Under the pieces are notes generated by a model. That model worked only from the letters and a program-made list of their open reading frames with translations. It was not told the origin of the DNA and did no database searches. The translations under genes were made by a program, and so were the position numbers. From positions 1,760,001 through 1,824,000 of the forward strand of contig CAWGJT010000005.1 in assembly GCA_963822965.1 (NCBI GenBank): 64,000 bases of DNA, in the 5' to 3' direction. This stretch comes from an uncultured delta proteobacterium (GTDB taxonomy: Bacteria > Myxococcota_A > UBA9160 > UBA4427). Positions 18,842 through 28,574 of this stretch are shown in pieces; position 1 is the first letter of the stretch; each line of letters begins with the position of its first letter.

Positions 18842-19474
18842 ATGACGAAGCGCAAGCCGCGGGTGCGTCGGGGACGAGAGGAGGCACAGCGCGTCATCCT
18901 GGAGGCCGCCGAGAAGCGCCTGCGGGAGGGCGGCCCAGAAGCGGTGCGAGTGCAGCACATCGCCGCCGATCTCGGCGTCACCGACGCCGCCATCCACCAC
19001 CACTTCGGGAGCCGCCAGGGCCTGCTGGAGGCGCTGCTGCGCTTCGCGGCGCGGCGCCTCCGCGACGAGCTCGAGGGCATCCTGGCGGCCTGGGACGGCG
19101 ACCCGGACGGCCTCGAGCGGGTCGCAGAGCTCATCGCCGACTCCTACGCCGTCCAGGGTCACGCGCGGCTGGCGCTCTGGCTGTCCCTCTCCGGCTGGAA
19201 GCCGAAGGGAGGCGGTCTCTTCGAGCCGCTGGTGGACGCCGTCCATCGCGCCCGCCAGGAAGCCGCCCAGGCCCACGGCCTGCCCCGCCCCCGCCGGCTG
19301 GACACCCAGCACGAGGTGGCGCTCTTGAACCTCGCCCTCGCCGGCGAGCCCCTCTTCGGGCCGGGCTTTCTCCGAAGTGTCGGGCTCGAGGCCGACGCCG
19401 CCGCCCAGGAGCGCTTCCGCCACTGGCTGGTCCGGCGCCTGGCCGGGCTCCTGACGGGGGACACACCCGAGTGA
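18842..19474 (+). CDS. TetR/AcrR-family regulator
   Basis: ILEAAEKRLREGG..IAADLGVTDAAIHHHFGSRQGLL helix-turn-helix. Confidence 0.9.
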   Translation: MTKRKPRVRRGREEAQRVILEAAEKRLREGGPEAVRVQHIAADLGVTDAAIHHHFGSRQGLLEALLRFAARRLRDELEGILAAWDGDPDGLERVAELIADSYAVQGHARLALWLSLSGWKPKGGGLFEPLVDAVHRARQEAAQAHGLPRPRRLDTQHEVALLNLALAGEPLFGPGFLRSVGLEADAAAQERFRHWLVRRLAGLLTGDTPE

Positions 19475-19587
19475 GATGGATCCCGGAGTCGATCTCGCCC
19501 CTGCTGACACAGAAAAGAGAAAAGCGCGCGGATCTCGCTCAACCCGCCACCGCGCGGCTCCGATAGGTCCCTCGGAGGGGACTACCC

Positions 19588-19950
19588 ATGGAGTGCTTCT
19601 CGCATCGCGGAACGCCGGCCGTGGGCTGCTGCAGGCACTGCGGCAAGGGACTCTGCGTGGAGTGCGCGCAGGACACGGGCGGCGGGCTCTGCTGCTCGGA
19701 CGCGTGCCGAGCCGAGCTCGCCGCCAGCCAGGAGATGGCCCGCCGCGGCAAGCGCGCCTACGGACTCGACGGCAAGGGCGCGCCCTCCGCCATCTTCGTC
19801 AACCTAGGCGCGGGCCTCGTCTTCCTCGTCTGGGGAGCGACCCTCGCGAAGACCCCCCTCGCCTACTTCCTGGTCACCCTGGGCGTCGTCTTCGTCGCCG
19901 CCGGCGTCATGGGCATCTACAACCGACGACGGACGGGCCTGGCGGTCTGA
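19588..19950 (+). CDS. B-box-like Zn-finger protein with two C-terminal TMs
   Basis: C-x2-H..CCRHC..LCVEC..CCS..C followed by two hydrophobic helices. Confidence 0.7.
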   Translation: MECFSHRGTPAVGCCRHCGKGLCVECAQDTGGGLCCSDACRAELAASQEMARRGKRAYGLDGKGAPSAIFVNLGAGLVFLVWGATLAKTPLAYFLVTLGVVFVAAGVMGIYNRRRTGLAV

Positions 19951-20007
19951 CCCCGGTCGGCGGACGCCGACGCGGCGGTGTAGAGTCGTGGGCGGGGATG
20001 GGCCGCC

Positions 20008-20415
20008 ATGGACCGCCGTGCCCGCTTGGTATTTCTGGCTCTCGTGCTGGCGCAGGCCTGCCACTCCGTCGAGGAGTACGCGTTCGAGCTGTATCGCGTG
20101 TTCGCTCCCGCCCGCTTCGCCAGCAGTCTCGTGAGCGACGATCTGGCGACGGGCTTCGTGATCCTGAACGCCGGCTTCTTCGTCTTCGGTCTCTGGTGCT
20201 ACTTCGTGCCCGTCCGGCTGCGGTGGGCCTCGGCCACGTCCTTCGTCTGGCCGTGGGTTATGATCGAGATCGGCAACGGAGTGGGGCACCCGGCGCTGGC
20301 TCTCTGGAACGGCGGCTACTTCCCGGGCGTCGCGACGGCGCCCCTGCTCCTCGTCCTTGCATCGTACCTGGCCGTGCTGCTACTGCGAAGCCGGGAGGAT
20401 GCCGCGCTTCGTTGA
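20008..20415 (+). CDS. HXXEE-domain membrane protein
   Basis: HSVEE motif, NGVGH, YFPG..TAP; four TMs. Confidence 0.85.
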   Translation: MDRRARLVFLALVLAQACHSVEEYAFELYRVFAPARFASSLVSDDLATGFVILNAGFFVFGLWCYFVPVRLRWASATSFVWPWVMIEIGNGVGHPALALWNGGYFPGVATAPLLLVLASYLAVLLLRSREDAALR

Positions 20416-20426
20416 TCGGAGGGAGC

Positions 20427-20885
20427 ATGAGTCTCTGGGAACGAGTGAAGGCCTATCTGCAGAGACGCGCCGTCCTCCAGAAGGACAAGGACGGCCGACC
20501 GGCCGACCTCGAGGTGCAGGTCGCCACCGCCATCCTGCTGCTGGAGGCGGCCCACGGCGACGAGGAGTACGAGTGGCGAGAGCACCGGGCCATCGTCCGG
20601 GGCCTCGAGCGTGGCTTCGGAATCGGGCGGGCCGAGACGCTCCAGCTGATGGGTCGCGCGGAGGACATCCGCCCGCCGGCCGTGAGCCTGAAGGACGTGA
20701 CGCGGATCATCGCCGAGCGCTACTCCCTCGAGCAGCGCATGGCCATCGTGGCGCTCCTCTGGCAGGTCATCGACGCCGACGACGTCGTCGAGGACTGGGA
20801 GCAGGTCTTCGCGGATCACGTGGCACGGGCCGTCGGTCTGGGCCCCGAAGAAGCCGACAGGGCGCGCCGAGGCGAGACGGCCTGA
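20427..20885 (+). CDS. TerB-family protein
   Basis: ATAILLLEAAHGD..E and LLWQVIDAD..E duplicated motifs. Confidence 0.8.
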   Translation: MSLWERVKAYLQRRAVLQKDKDGRPADLEVQVATAILLLEAAHGDEEYEWREHRAIVRGLERGFGIGRAETLQLMGRAEDIRPPAVSLKDVTRIIAERYSLEQRMAIVALLWQVIDADDVVEDWEQVFADHVARAVGLGPEEADRARRGETA

Positions 20886-20986
20886 TCCGACGCGCGCGCG
20901 GATCGTCGTGCGCGCGGACCGAAGCCTGCCGGATGGCACCCGGTCGGATGGCACCCGCCTGACACCACCCGCCTGATGCCGGCCGC

Positions 20987-23900
20987 CTAGGCCACCCCGC
21001 CGGCGCCTCCGGTCGCGGTGCTGGCCACTCGCAGGGTGCTCAGCAGGCGAACCACCGTGGGGAAGCCCGCGGCGAGAGCGGGGATCACCGCCAGGGTGAC
21101 GTCCACGGTGTCGCGTCCCGCGTAGACCGCGTATCCCAGGATGAGAAGGAAGACGAGGGCGAGCGGGATGCGCGCCAGCTCCCAGGCGCCGCCGGTGGCA
21201 CCCCGCTCCCAGCTGCTCACCCGCTCGGGACGCTCGACGCGACGGGCGAAGAGCCCGAACGCCCGGCTCACGAGCCGGAAGCTCGGCGCCCGGCGGACGA
21301 GCCCCCGGCGCATCAGCCGTTCGACGCTGGTCTCGTTCCGGGGGTTCAGCAGGTCGCCCTCGGCGAGCTGGATCACCGCCAGGCGATCTTCCGCCGGCAG
21401 CAGCGCCCAGATGCGCCGGAAGAGCGGCTCGGCGCGCTCGACCACCCAGTGGATCAGCTGGCGCTCGTCGAGCTCGCCGCTCCGGAACCGCGGGTCGGCG
21501 GCGATCTCCGCCCGCACCTCCATCAGCCACGGGCTCCAGTCGCACTCCGCGCGCAGCACGTCCACCAGATGGGGCGATGCCTTCCCGGTCTCCCCGAGGT
21601 CTTGCGGCATCCAGGCGACCCGGGTCGGGTGGACCTGCGCCAGCAGGGCTCCCCAGCGAAGCCGCTGCACGTCCAGGGCGCGCGTCGCCTTCTCCGAGCT
21701 CGCGTCGTCCGGCACCTTGCCGCTGACTGCGGCGGCGTCCTGCTGCCACGTCGAGGTTCGCAGGTAGTCGAGGGGATTCACGTCGCTGCAGATCACGACC
21801 CGGTAGCGGCCCGCGCGAAGGATGTCCGACAGCGCGGCCCGCACCTTCTCCCGCTGGTCCTCCAGGGGCAGCACCAGGTGCAGGTCCTCGACGATGAGCA
21901 GGAGCTTGCCGACCGGCGACGAGTGGGTCCACGTCGCGGGATCGCTCTTCGCGTCCACGTGGTCGACCGCGAAGCCCTGGCTCGAGGCGCGTGCCGCCAA
22001 CGCGGCCGCCCAGCCGGGCGGCGGAAACAGCACGAGGCGATTGCTGGCCAGCAGCTCGGCGTCGGAGGCCGGCACCTCGCTGCCCATGACGTCCGGGACG
22101 CCGAGACCCAGCACCCGGGTCGCCAGGAGCCACAGCAGCAGCAGCGCCAGGCCGACGACGGCTCCCACCCCGAGCGCGGCCCCGAGCCATGCACACACGG
22201 TCTGCGGCTGCGGGATGGGAAGTCGCGGCGCCAGCATCCGCAGGCCGCCGCGACGGTACTCGAGCCCCCCCAGGCCCATGCTGCGCGGAATCGACGGTGC
22301 GCCACCCGGGGCGATCGGGAGCCAGCACTCGCTGCCGTCGTCGGAGCCCACGTCGAAGAGCTGGCGCAGCTCGACGGACGTGGCGCTGAAGCCGGGGAGC
22401 TTGCGGGTCAGCCAGGTGGTGAAGGCACCCGTGTAGTCGTCCACCGCCTCGACGCAGGGCTCCGGGGCGGTCTCGACGACGTCGCATAGCCCCACCGCAC
22501 GCGCTGCGGCCGCGCCACGACGACCCTCCAGCTCGACCGACTCCACCAGCGAGGGCTGCACGTAGAAGCCCCGACAACGGGCGCTGTCCGAGCGCTCCAC
22601 CCGCGCCGGCCGGAGGCCGCCGAAGCGTTCGGGGTCCAGGCGGGCGGCGTCCACCTGCAGTCCGGCCGCCCGCCGCATCTGCGCGTCCACGGCAACCCGC
22701 TCGCCGTGGCGCGTCAGGCGATCGAGCTGCGCGCGCTGCACGTCCTTGAAGAGCGCGAAGCTCGGGCCCACCACGCACACCAGCAGCAGTGCGAACAGCA
22801 GGGCCAGATACGCGCGCTGGCCGTTGCGCGTGCGCTCGGCGTCGGCGCTCGGGGTCGACAGCGCCCACGACGCCGCCAGCAGGCCGGCGGGAATCGCCAG
22901 CAGCGACAGGACCACCATGGGCCGCGGGTCGAGGACCGCGTCCTTCGCGGCCAGGAACACGATGGCGTACATCCCCACGGCGCCCGCGACGATGCACAGT
23001 CGAGCCAGGCTGCCGCCACGGCGCCTTGGACCTTCCCCCTGCAGCGCCAGGTACACGAAGCCGATCGCCGCAGGCGGCAAGGTGAGGATCGGCCACAACA
23101 GGTGCACTCCGCGCAGCCACAGGACGGACAGCATCTGGAACCCGAAGAGGACCCCCACGAAGGTCGCGCTCCTCCAGTAGCGCGAGCGGAGACGCTCGTC
23201 GGGCCAGAACCACGAGGCACGCGATCCCGGGGCGAACCACGCGGCCAGCAGCCCCACGGTGAGGAGGCCCAGCACATAGAGCACCAGGTGGCTCCCCGCC
23301 GCCAGCAGCATGTCGACGTGCAGCAGGTCGTAGAGGTTGTCCCGCTGGAACACCACCAGCGTCCAGGGCAGATCGCGGACGGGCTGCACGCTGAAGCGGT
23401 GCGCGCCCTCGGCGCGATAGCGCCCGTCCACCGCCCGGGCCCTCCGCAGCCGGACGAGGGTCTGCAACCGCCAGTCCGAGCCGGTCTCCGCCAGGAAGTT
23501 CTCCACCAGGCTCCGGCTGTCGCTCGAATGGAAGACCACGCGGCCGTCGTCGTCGACGAGCGCGAAGCCGAAGCCGGGAGGCAGCACCGTGGACGTCAGG
23601 GAGTCGAAGCGGCGCGTGAGAGCCGCCGCGATGGCGCCCTTGCTCTCACACTCCGTCCCCTCGATCTCTTCGGGAGCTACCGGCGCGGACACCGCGGTGA
23701 GCCTCCAGCCGTGGTCGTAGGTCTTGATGCGCTGCAGGAAGGCCTGCTCGGCGGGCTCGCCTTCCACCTGCAGGCTCCACAGCTTGCCGTCGCGCACGTG
23801 CGTGAAGTAGGGGCGGTCGGAGACGCGGATGTGGCTCACCTCGCCCATCCGGTAGTTGGCCTGCTCGCCCACCTGCTCGCCGCTCTCGTCGAGCACGAAG

Positions 23901-25663
23901 GCCACGTCGTAGGGCGGATAGATGAAGGTGCCCTCGTTCGTCGTTTCCCACTCGAGGTGACTCGTCGAGTGGGTGCTCGCCTCGGGGGTCACGCAGATGC
24001 GACGCCGGGCGTCGCGCAGCGCCTGCAGCGACTCCACGACCTCGCGGCGCAGGTCGCGCTCCATGCGCAGCGCCACGTCTCGAGCCGTCGCGTCCAGGTT
24101 TCGTTGCAGGGCCACCCCCGTCACGAGGTCCGCCACGAGCAGGGTGAGCAGCCCCACCGCCAGGGCCCCGGAGGTGACGAGCTCGAGGACGTGCCGGATC
24201 CCGAGGCGCTCGCGCGGCCCCGAGAGCAGGAGCCGCAGCCAGGGCCACGCCAGCGCCAGCATCACGAGACCGGAGACCGCCAGCGTGAGCTGCGACCGCG
24301 AGGACGCCATCGAATCGCGGCGGAAACGCTTGTCCGAGACGAGACCCACGACGTACCAGTCGGCGGCGGCGGTAGAGTCCGTGTCCTTCGACGCCTTGGT
24401 CGCCGGCCCCGACGAGCGCGAGGCCTGGGCCTTCAGCGGGTGCACGAAGACCAGGTAGCGGGCCTGGTCCAGCTCCAGCTCGACGGGATGACCGCGAGCC
24501 GCCGCCAACGCCGAAGCGGCTTCTTCGGGCGCGGCGCCGGACCCGCCGGATTCGGCGCCCTGGGCGAGCTGCTTCAGGCGCTCGAGGGTGCCGGCGGACG
24601 GCGCAGAGACGAGGAGCCGGTCCAGCCGGTCGGCCGCCGCGATGGGACCACCCGCCGAGGCGTGCATCACGCGTCCGTCGTCGCTCGCGATGACCAGCTG
24701 GTCGAAGGCGCTCGCCGCCGCCTCGTCGAGGGGCGCCACGAGATCCGAGAAGGGGAGCGTGATCCGGACGCGCGTACGCCGGACCGCGTCACCGGTCTCG
24801 TCCGGCAGGTCGACGCGACAGCCCTCGGCCACGAGCGTGAGGGGCTGGGCGACGCCCGTGAGAGCGCGCGCCGGCGGCGTGACCTGCTCGGGATCGCACG
24901 GAGCGTGCGGATCAGGCGGAGCAGACGATGCGTTCGGCTCGAACGCCTCGATGACGATCGCCCGGTACTCGGGCGTCTTCCGCAGGCCCTCGATATAGTT
25001 CACCATCTGTTGGGCCTGGATACAGTCGTCTCGCGCTTTGGGAACGGCCTCGGAATCTGATCTTTTGACCACGTTGCACTGCGGCCTGCGCGCGGCTGCC
25101 TCCTCGTCGATCTCCTTGCGGCGCGCCTCCAGCAGCTGCAGGCGGTCCTCGACGTGCAGGCGTTCGGAGAGGATGCTCTCGCTCTCCACGTACTTTTCGC
25201 GGTCCGGCGGGTTGTAGGCGCGCTGCTCGAAGGCGAGGCTGCGCATCTTGGCGCTCTCGCCCCGGAGCCCGGCGAGGCTCCGGCGATCGAGCTTGTCCTT
25301 GCGCTCCTTCAGCCGCTCGATCTCCGTATCGAGCCAGTCCCGCACGTCCCGCGCGTGGTCGGCTTCGCGCGCCACGGCCTGGCTCAGCTCCGTCTCGGCC
25401 TCGTCCAGGTCGTGCCGCCACGCGTCGGGGTCGCTGTCGCGACCCCGCGGCACCAGGCTGAACTGGAGGAGCGGCGTGAGCCGCTGCATCTGCGCTTCGA
25501 GCTCGCGGCCCGTCTCGGCCAGCACCCGCACGTTGCGCGCCAGCATGTGCTGCTGCTGCGGCTCCAGCACCATGAAGATGTAGAGGGCGATGGGGATGAG
25601 GACCACCGCGAGCAGGATGGAGAGCACCCGAACGAGCCGGTAGCGAGATCCATCCGCAGCCAT
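20987..25663 (-). CDS. Giant multi-pass membrane protein with Cache-like sensor domains and a degenerate NTPase/winged-helix-like C-terminus
   Basis: 1558-aa uninterrupted ORF; 'VSDRPYF' and 'GFGFALVDDDGRVVFHSS' Cache-like segments; about 12 TMs; C-terminal 'LLIVED' and 'FRRIWALLPAEDR..L..L.RRGLV'. Confidence 0.75.
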   Translation of the reverse strand: MAADGSRYRLVRVLSILLAVVLIPIALYIFMVLEPQQQHMLARNVRVLAETGRELEAQMQRLTPLLQFSLVPRGRDSDPDAWRHDLDEAETELSQAVAREADHARDVRDWLDTEIERLKERKDKLDRRSLAGLRGESAKMRSLAFEQRAYNPPDREKYVESESILSERLHVEDRLQLLEARRKEIDEEAAARRPQCNVVKRSDSEAVPKARDDCIQAQQMVNYIEGLRKTPEYRAIVIEAFEPNASSAPPDPHAPCDPEQVTPPARALTGVAQPLTLVAEGCRVDLPDETGDAVRRTRVRITLPFSDLVAPLDEAAASAFDQLVIASDDGRVMHASAGGPIAAADRLDRLLVSAPSAGTLERLKQLAQGAESGGSGAAPEEAASALAAARGHPVELELDQARYLVFVHPLKAQASRSSGPATKASKDTDSTAAADWYVVGLVSDKRFRRDSMASSRSQLTLAVSGLVMLALAWPWLRLLLSGPRERLGIRHVLELVTSGALAVGLLTLLVADLVTGVALQRNLDATARDVALRMERDLRREVVESLQALRDARRRICVTPEASTHSTSHLEWETTNEGTFIYPPYDVAFVLDESGEQVGEQANYRMGEVSHIRVSDRPYFTHVRDGKLWSLQVEGEPAEQAFLQRIKTYDHGWRLTAVSAPVAPEEIEGTECESKGAIAAALTRRFDSLTSTVLPPGFGFALVDDDGRVVFHSSDSRSLVENFLAETGSDWRLQTLVRLRRARAVDGRYRAEGAHRFSVQPVRDLPWTLVVFQRDNLYDLLHVDMLLAAGSHLVLYVLGLLTVGLLAAWFAPGSRASWFWPDERLRSRYWRSATFVGVLFGFQMLSVLWLRGVHLLWPILTLPPAAIGFVYLALQGEGPRRRGGSLARLCIVAGAVGMYAIVFLAAKDAVLDPRPMVVLSLLAIPAGLLAASWALSTPSADAERTRNGQRAYLALLFALLLVCVVGPSFALFKDVQRAQLDRLTRHGERVAVDAQMRRAAGLQVDAARLDPERFGGLRPARVERSDSARCRGFYVQPSLVESVELEGRRGAAAARAVGLCDVVETAPEPCVEAVDDYTGAFTTWLTRKLPGFSATSVELRQLFDVGSDDGSECWLPIAPGGAPSIPRSMGLGGLEYRRGGLRMLAPRLPIPQPQTVCAWLGAALGVGAVVGLALLLLWLLATRVLGLGVPDVMGSEVPASDAELLASNRLVLFPPPGWAAALAARASSQGFAVDHVDAKSDPATWTHSSPVGKLLLIVEDLHLVLPLEDQREKVRAALSDILRAGRYRVVICSDVNPLDYLRTSTWQQDAAAVSGKVPDDASSEKATRALDVQRLRWGALLAQVHPTRVAWMPQDLGETGKASPHLVDVLRAECDWSPWLMEVRAEIAADPRFRSGELDERQLIHWVVERAEPLFRRIWALLPAEDRLAVIQLAEGDLLNPRNETSVERLMRRGLVRRAPSFRLVSRAFGLFARRVERPERVSSWERGATGGAWELARIPLALVFLLILGYAVYAGRDTVDVTLAVIPALAAGFPTVVRLLSTLRVASTATGGAGGVA

Positions 25664-25696
25664 CGACGGGCCTCCTGTGATCGTTCCGGGGCTCGC

Positions 25697-27133
25697 TCAG
25701 CCGCCGTCCTGGATCTCCGCCACCACCGACTGGTACACGTCCGACTCCAGCAGCAGGCGCCGGCCCCACTCGACCAGCTCGTCCACCTGCTTGCGCGGAA
25801 GCTGGAGCCGTGTGCCGACGCTCTCCATGCGTTCGCGCGCGGCGGCGTCCGGAATGGCCTCGAAACGCACGTGGATGAGGGCGAGCTCGGGATGGGGCGG
25901 CCGGTCGGCGTCGGTCACGTGCATATCGGAACGACAGCGCTGCTGCAGCGCCCCTGTGGCGAGGCCGTCGCAGCGCCCGCGGATCGCCGCGAAGTCGCGC
26001 GCCGCGCGGTCCCACTCGTCGAACCACATACGCACCAGCTCGATGGTATCGGCGGAGTAGTTCTCCATGGGCCGACTGGCGGCCGCGTTCAGCACCTCCA
26101 CCAGGCCGGGCGGCCGGGACGAACGGTCGGCCTCCGGGTCGTCGTGCGGCTTCGCGTCCACGACGATGACCACGAGGCGCTGGATCTCGCGGCGGCTCGC
26201 CTTCTCGTAGATCTCGAGCGGGTTGCCTCCCTGGAGGCCGCTGCCGACGATGCGCAGGCCGATGTTGTCCGCGAGCCCGCCGTCCGACAGGTGGATGAAG
26301 GGCCGGCGATCGGCGTCCTCGTACGCGCGCCAGGTGCGGGCCAGCGTCCAACGCTCGGGCGAGACGTCGAAGTCCTGCTCGGCCAGCTCCACCCAGAGAG
26401 GCGCCTCGTAGCCGCAGCTCGCCTTGGGGCGGTTGTTCAGGGTGAGCGGAGCGAACGCCAGCGGGAAGGCCGAAGACGCCGTCACCCCGCGCGAGACGGT
26501 GACGCCGTCGAGGTTCGAGCAGAGACGGTCGAAGTGCGCCTGGGTGAACGAGAACTGCGCGCCCAGGGAGATGTCCGTGGCGTTCAGCACGATGAAGGGC
26601 CGGCGGCGCGGGAGATCGGCGTAGTGACGGTGCTGGAAGATGTGCTCGTCGTAGTACTCGTCGGCCAGGTCACCGCGGCTGAACCACGGCGAGAGCAGGC
26701 GGGGCCAATTCCAGGGCGCCGCCACGCGCAGCGCCAGGTCGGTCTCGATCGAACGGTGGAGCACCGCGTCGGGAAAGTCGCGAAAGAAGGCCTCCGGGCC
26801 GAAGAGCCCGTAGTAGGCGGCGGCGAAGCTGCCACCCGACACCGAGGAGATGACGTCCACCTCGTCCAGCATCCTTCGGGAATCGCCGAGCTCGGTGTCC
26901 CGGAGCGCCTCCATCACGCCATAGGAGAACGCGGCCGCTCGCGTGCCGCCCCCGGAGAGCGTGACGACGACGAAGGTCTGGTCGGGGTCGGCGGCCCCGT
27001 CGTCCGTCGCGAGTGTCTCGAAGCGATAGCCGCCCTGGGGATCGTACGGCGGGTCGAGGGGAGGGTTCCGGGGATAGTGGGCGCAGCCGGCCACCAGCAG
27101 CGAGAGCGCCAGGATCTGGGCTCGCAGCCTCAC
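25697..27133 (-). CDS. Patatin-like phospholipase lipoprotein
   Basis: LVAG-C lipobox; SGGGTRAA, SSVSGGS, LSDGGLADNIG. GTG start overlaps the upstream TGA. Confidence 0.9.
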   Translation of the reverse strand: MRLRAQILALSLLVAGCAHYPRNPPLDPPYDPQGGYRFETLATDDGAADPDQTFVVVTLSGGGTRAAAFSYGVMEALRDTELGDSRRMLDEVDVISSVSGGSFAAAYYGLFGPEAFFRDFPDAVLHRSIETDLALRVAAPWNWPRLLSPWFSRGDLADEYYDEHIFQHRHYADLPRRRPFIVLNATDISLGAQFSFTQAHFDRLCSNLDGVTVSRGVTASSAFPLAFAPLTLNNRPKASCGYEAPLWVELAEQDFDVSPERWTLARTWRAYEDADRRPFIHLSDGGLADNIGLRIVGSGLQGGNPLEIYEKASRREIQRLVVIVVDAKPHDDPEADRSSRPPGLVEVLNAAASRPMENYSADTIELVRMWFDEWDRAARDFAAIRGRCDGLATGALQQRCRSDMHVTDADRPPHPELALIHVRFEAIPDAAARERMESVGTRLQLPRKQVDELVEWGRRLLLESDVYQSVVAEIQDGG

Positions 27134-27357
27134 GTGGGCGCCGCCCCGGTGGGCGTGAACGCGACCTCCAGCGGATCCAGCACGGAGGTGTTCACCACCT
27201 TCACGTCGCGCTTGCTGGGCGTGTAGTCCTTCGGCGTGCCGAGAGCGAAGCGGTGCGTGCCCTTGGAGACGATCAGCACCGTATTGGTCTCGCCCGATCG
27301 ACGGCCGTCGACGAAGACGTCGCGGGTGCGTGGATAGACGACCTTGACCCACTCCAC
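27130..27357 (-). CDS. Small beta-strand (PEGA-like) protein
   Basis: 75 aa, 'VFVDG..SGET..L.V..GTH'; AGGAGG RBS; translationally coupled to the patatin gene. Confidence 0.65.
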   Translation of the reverse strand: MEWVKVVYPRTRDVFVDGRRSGETNTVLIVSKGTHRFALGTPKDYTPSKRDVKVVNTSVLDPLEVAFTPTGAAPT

Positions 27358-27374
27358 CGGGCTCGCCCTCCTGT

Positions 27375-27457
27375 CCTTCGCTTCGCGCTCCGCGTCGCGT
27401 GCGGCCCTTCGCTTCGCGCTCCGCGTCGCGTGCCGCCCTTCGCTTCTCGCTCCGCTA
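27375..27457. repeat. 31-bp tandem repeat (about 2.7 copies)
   Basis: CCTTCGCTTCGCGCTCCGCGTCGCGTGC starts at 27375 and 27406, with a diverged copy at 27437. Confidence 0.85.
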
Positions 27458-27507
27458 CGTCGTTCGGTTTCCGCTATTCCGTTCGCGTTGCGCTCTTCCG
27501 TTCGCCT

Positions 27508-28293
27508 TCAGCCCAGGACCCGGGCGACCTCGAAGTGCATCCCGTCGGCCCGGCCGAGGAAGTGCCCGCCCCAGTAGAAGCCGTACTCGTTGGCGAGCGG
27601 AACCAGCTCGCGCACCGAGCCCTTGCGGCTGCGCAGGGCGGGCAGCACGCCGAGCTTGTTCCACGCGTAGTTCACGTCGAAGGCCGTGCCCCAGGCGTGG
27701 CTCGAGAGGGTCTGGCTGCTGCCGCGGATGAAGCGCGGCACGAAGCTGCCCTCCCAGGTCAGGAGCACGCGCAGCAGCCCGGCCTCCTCCCAGGCGTCGA
27801 AGAGGGCGCGCGTCTGCTCCACCACCAGCCGGTGGAGGGCAATGCGGCCGCTGGCGGGCGCTCCCTTCACGCCCCTGAGCTGCGGGATGGTGACGCGCCG
27901 GATGTTGCGCTGCTGCCAGTCGCCGAGGATGCGAATGTCGTCCCGGTCCGCAGAGATGCGTTCGTAGTCGAAGCGCCCGAACACGACTTCGCGCTCGGCG
28001 TTCGAGGCGAGCGCGGCGAAGATCGGCCGGGGCGGCCAGTCCGAGCCCGACGTGCCGCCCTGGGGATCGCTGAAGCCCGCGTCGAACTGGCGCTGGAGGG
28101 CCGCCGCCAGGGTGAGCGGCCCCACGGTGCCGTCCACTTCGAGCCGCGCGCGGCGCTGGAAGCGGCGCGTGGCCTTCTCGGTGCCGGGACCGAAGATGCC
28201 GTCGACCGGGCCGTCGAGCATTCCCTGACCGAGCAGGAAGGTCTGCCAGCGGCGAACCTCGTCCCCCTCGCTTCCGCGGCGCAGGATCTGCAC
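27508..28293 (-). CDS. Peptidoglycan-binding domain plus M15-family Zn peptidase (endolysin-like)
   Basis: LRRGSEG.EV..WQ..DGIFGPGT..FQ..DGTVGP.T PG-binding domain; SSHAWGTAFD and DGMHFE catalytic motifs. Confidence 0.9.
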   Translation of the reverse strand: MQILRRGSEGDEVRRWQTFLLGQGMLDGPVDGIFGPGTEKATRRFQRRARLEVDGTVGPLTLAAALQRQFDAGFSDPQGGTSGSDWPPRPIFAALASNAEREVVFGRFDYERISADRDDIRILGDWQQRNIRRVTIPQLRGVKGAPASGRIALHRLVVEQTRALFDAWEEAGLLRVLLTWEGSFVPRFIRGSSQTLSSHAWGTAFDVNYAWNKLGVLPALRSRKGSVRELVPLANEYGFYWGGHFLGRADGMHFEVARVLG

Positions 28294-28574
28294 GTTCCCC
28301 TCCGAGCGTGCGCGAGACTCCGAGCTGTTTCCTTACTCCGAACAGCGTAGGCACGTCAACACCGAATGCGTTCTGGCGAAGACCTTCCCCTCGCCGAGAA
28401 GCCGCCCGGCGAGCCGCGCAGCGCCTTCCGTTCCCCCTTTTTCCCCACGTTCCGCGGCGGGAGAGCGACCGTGTAGACTCCTCGGGCGCCCGGATGCGGC
28501 GTTCTGGTCGATTGCCCGGGCGCGCGTGGCGCATCGACCCTCGCTCGTTCATTCACTTCGAAAAGGGACCCTTC

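Noticed and set aside
20929..20977. Short direct repeats (CGGATGGCACCCG x2, CACCCGCCTGA x2) between convergent genes
   Set aside because: Too short and irregular to assign; TGGCAC lacks the downstream TTGC of a sigma54 promoter.
27375..27457. 31-bp repeats as CRISPR
   Set aside because: Head-to-tail tandem copies with no unique spacers.
27508..28293. Prophage
   Set aside because: No structural, terminase, holin or integrase genes nearby.
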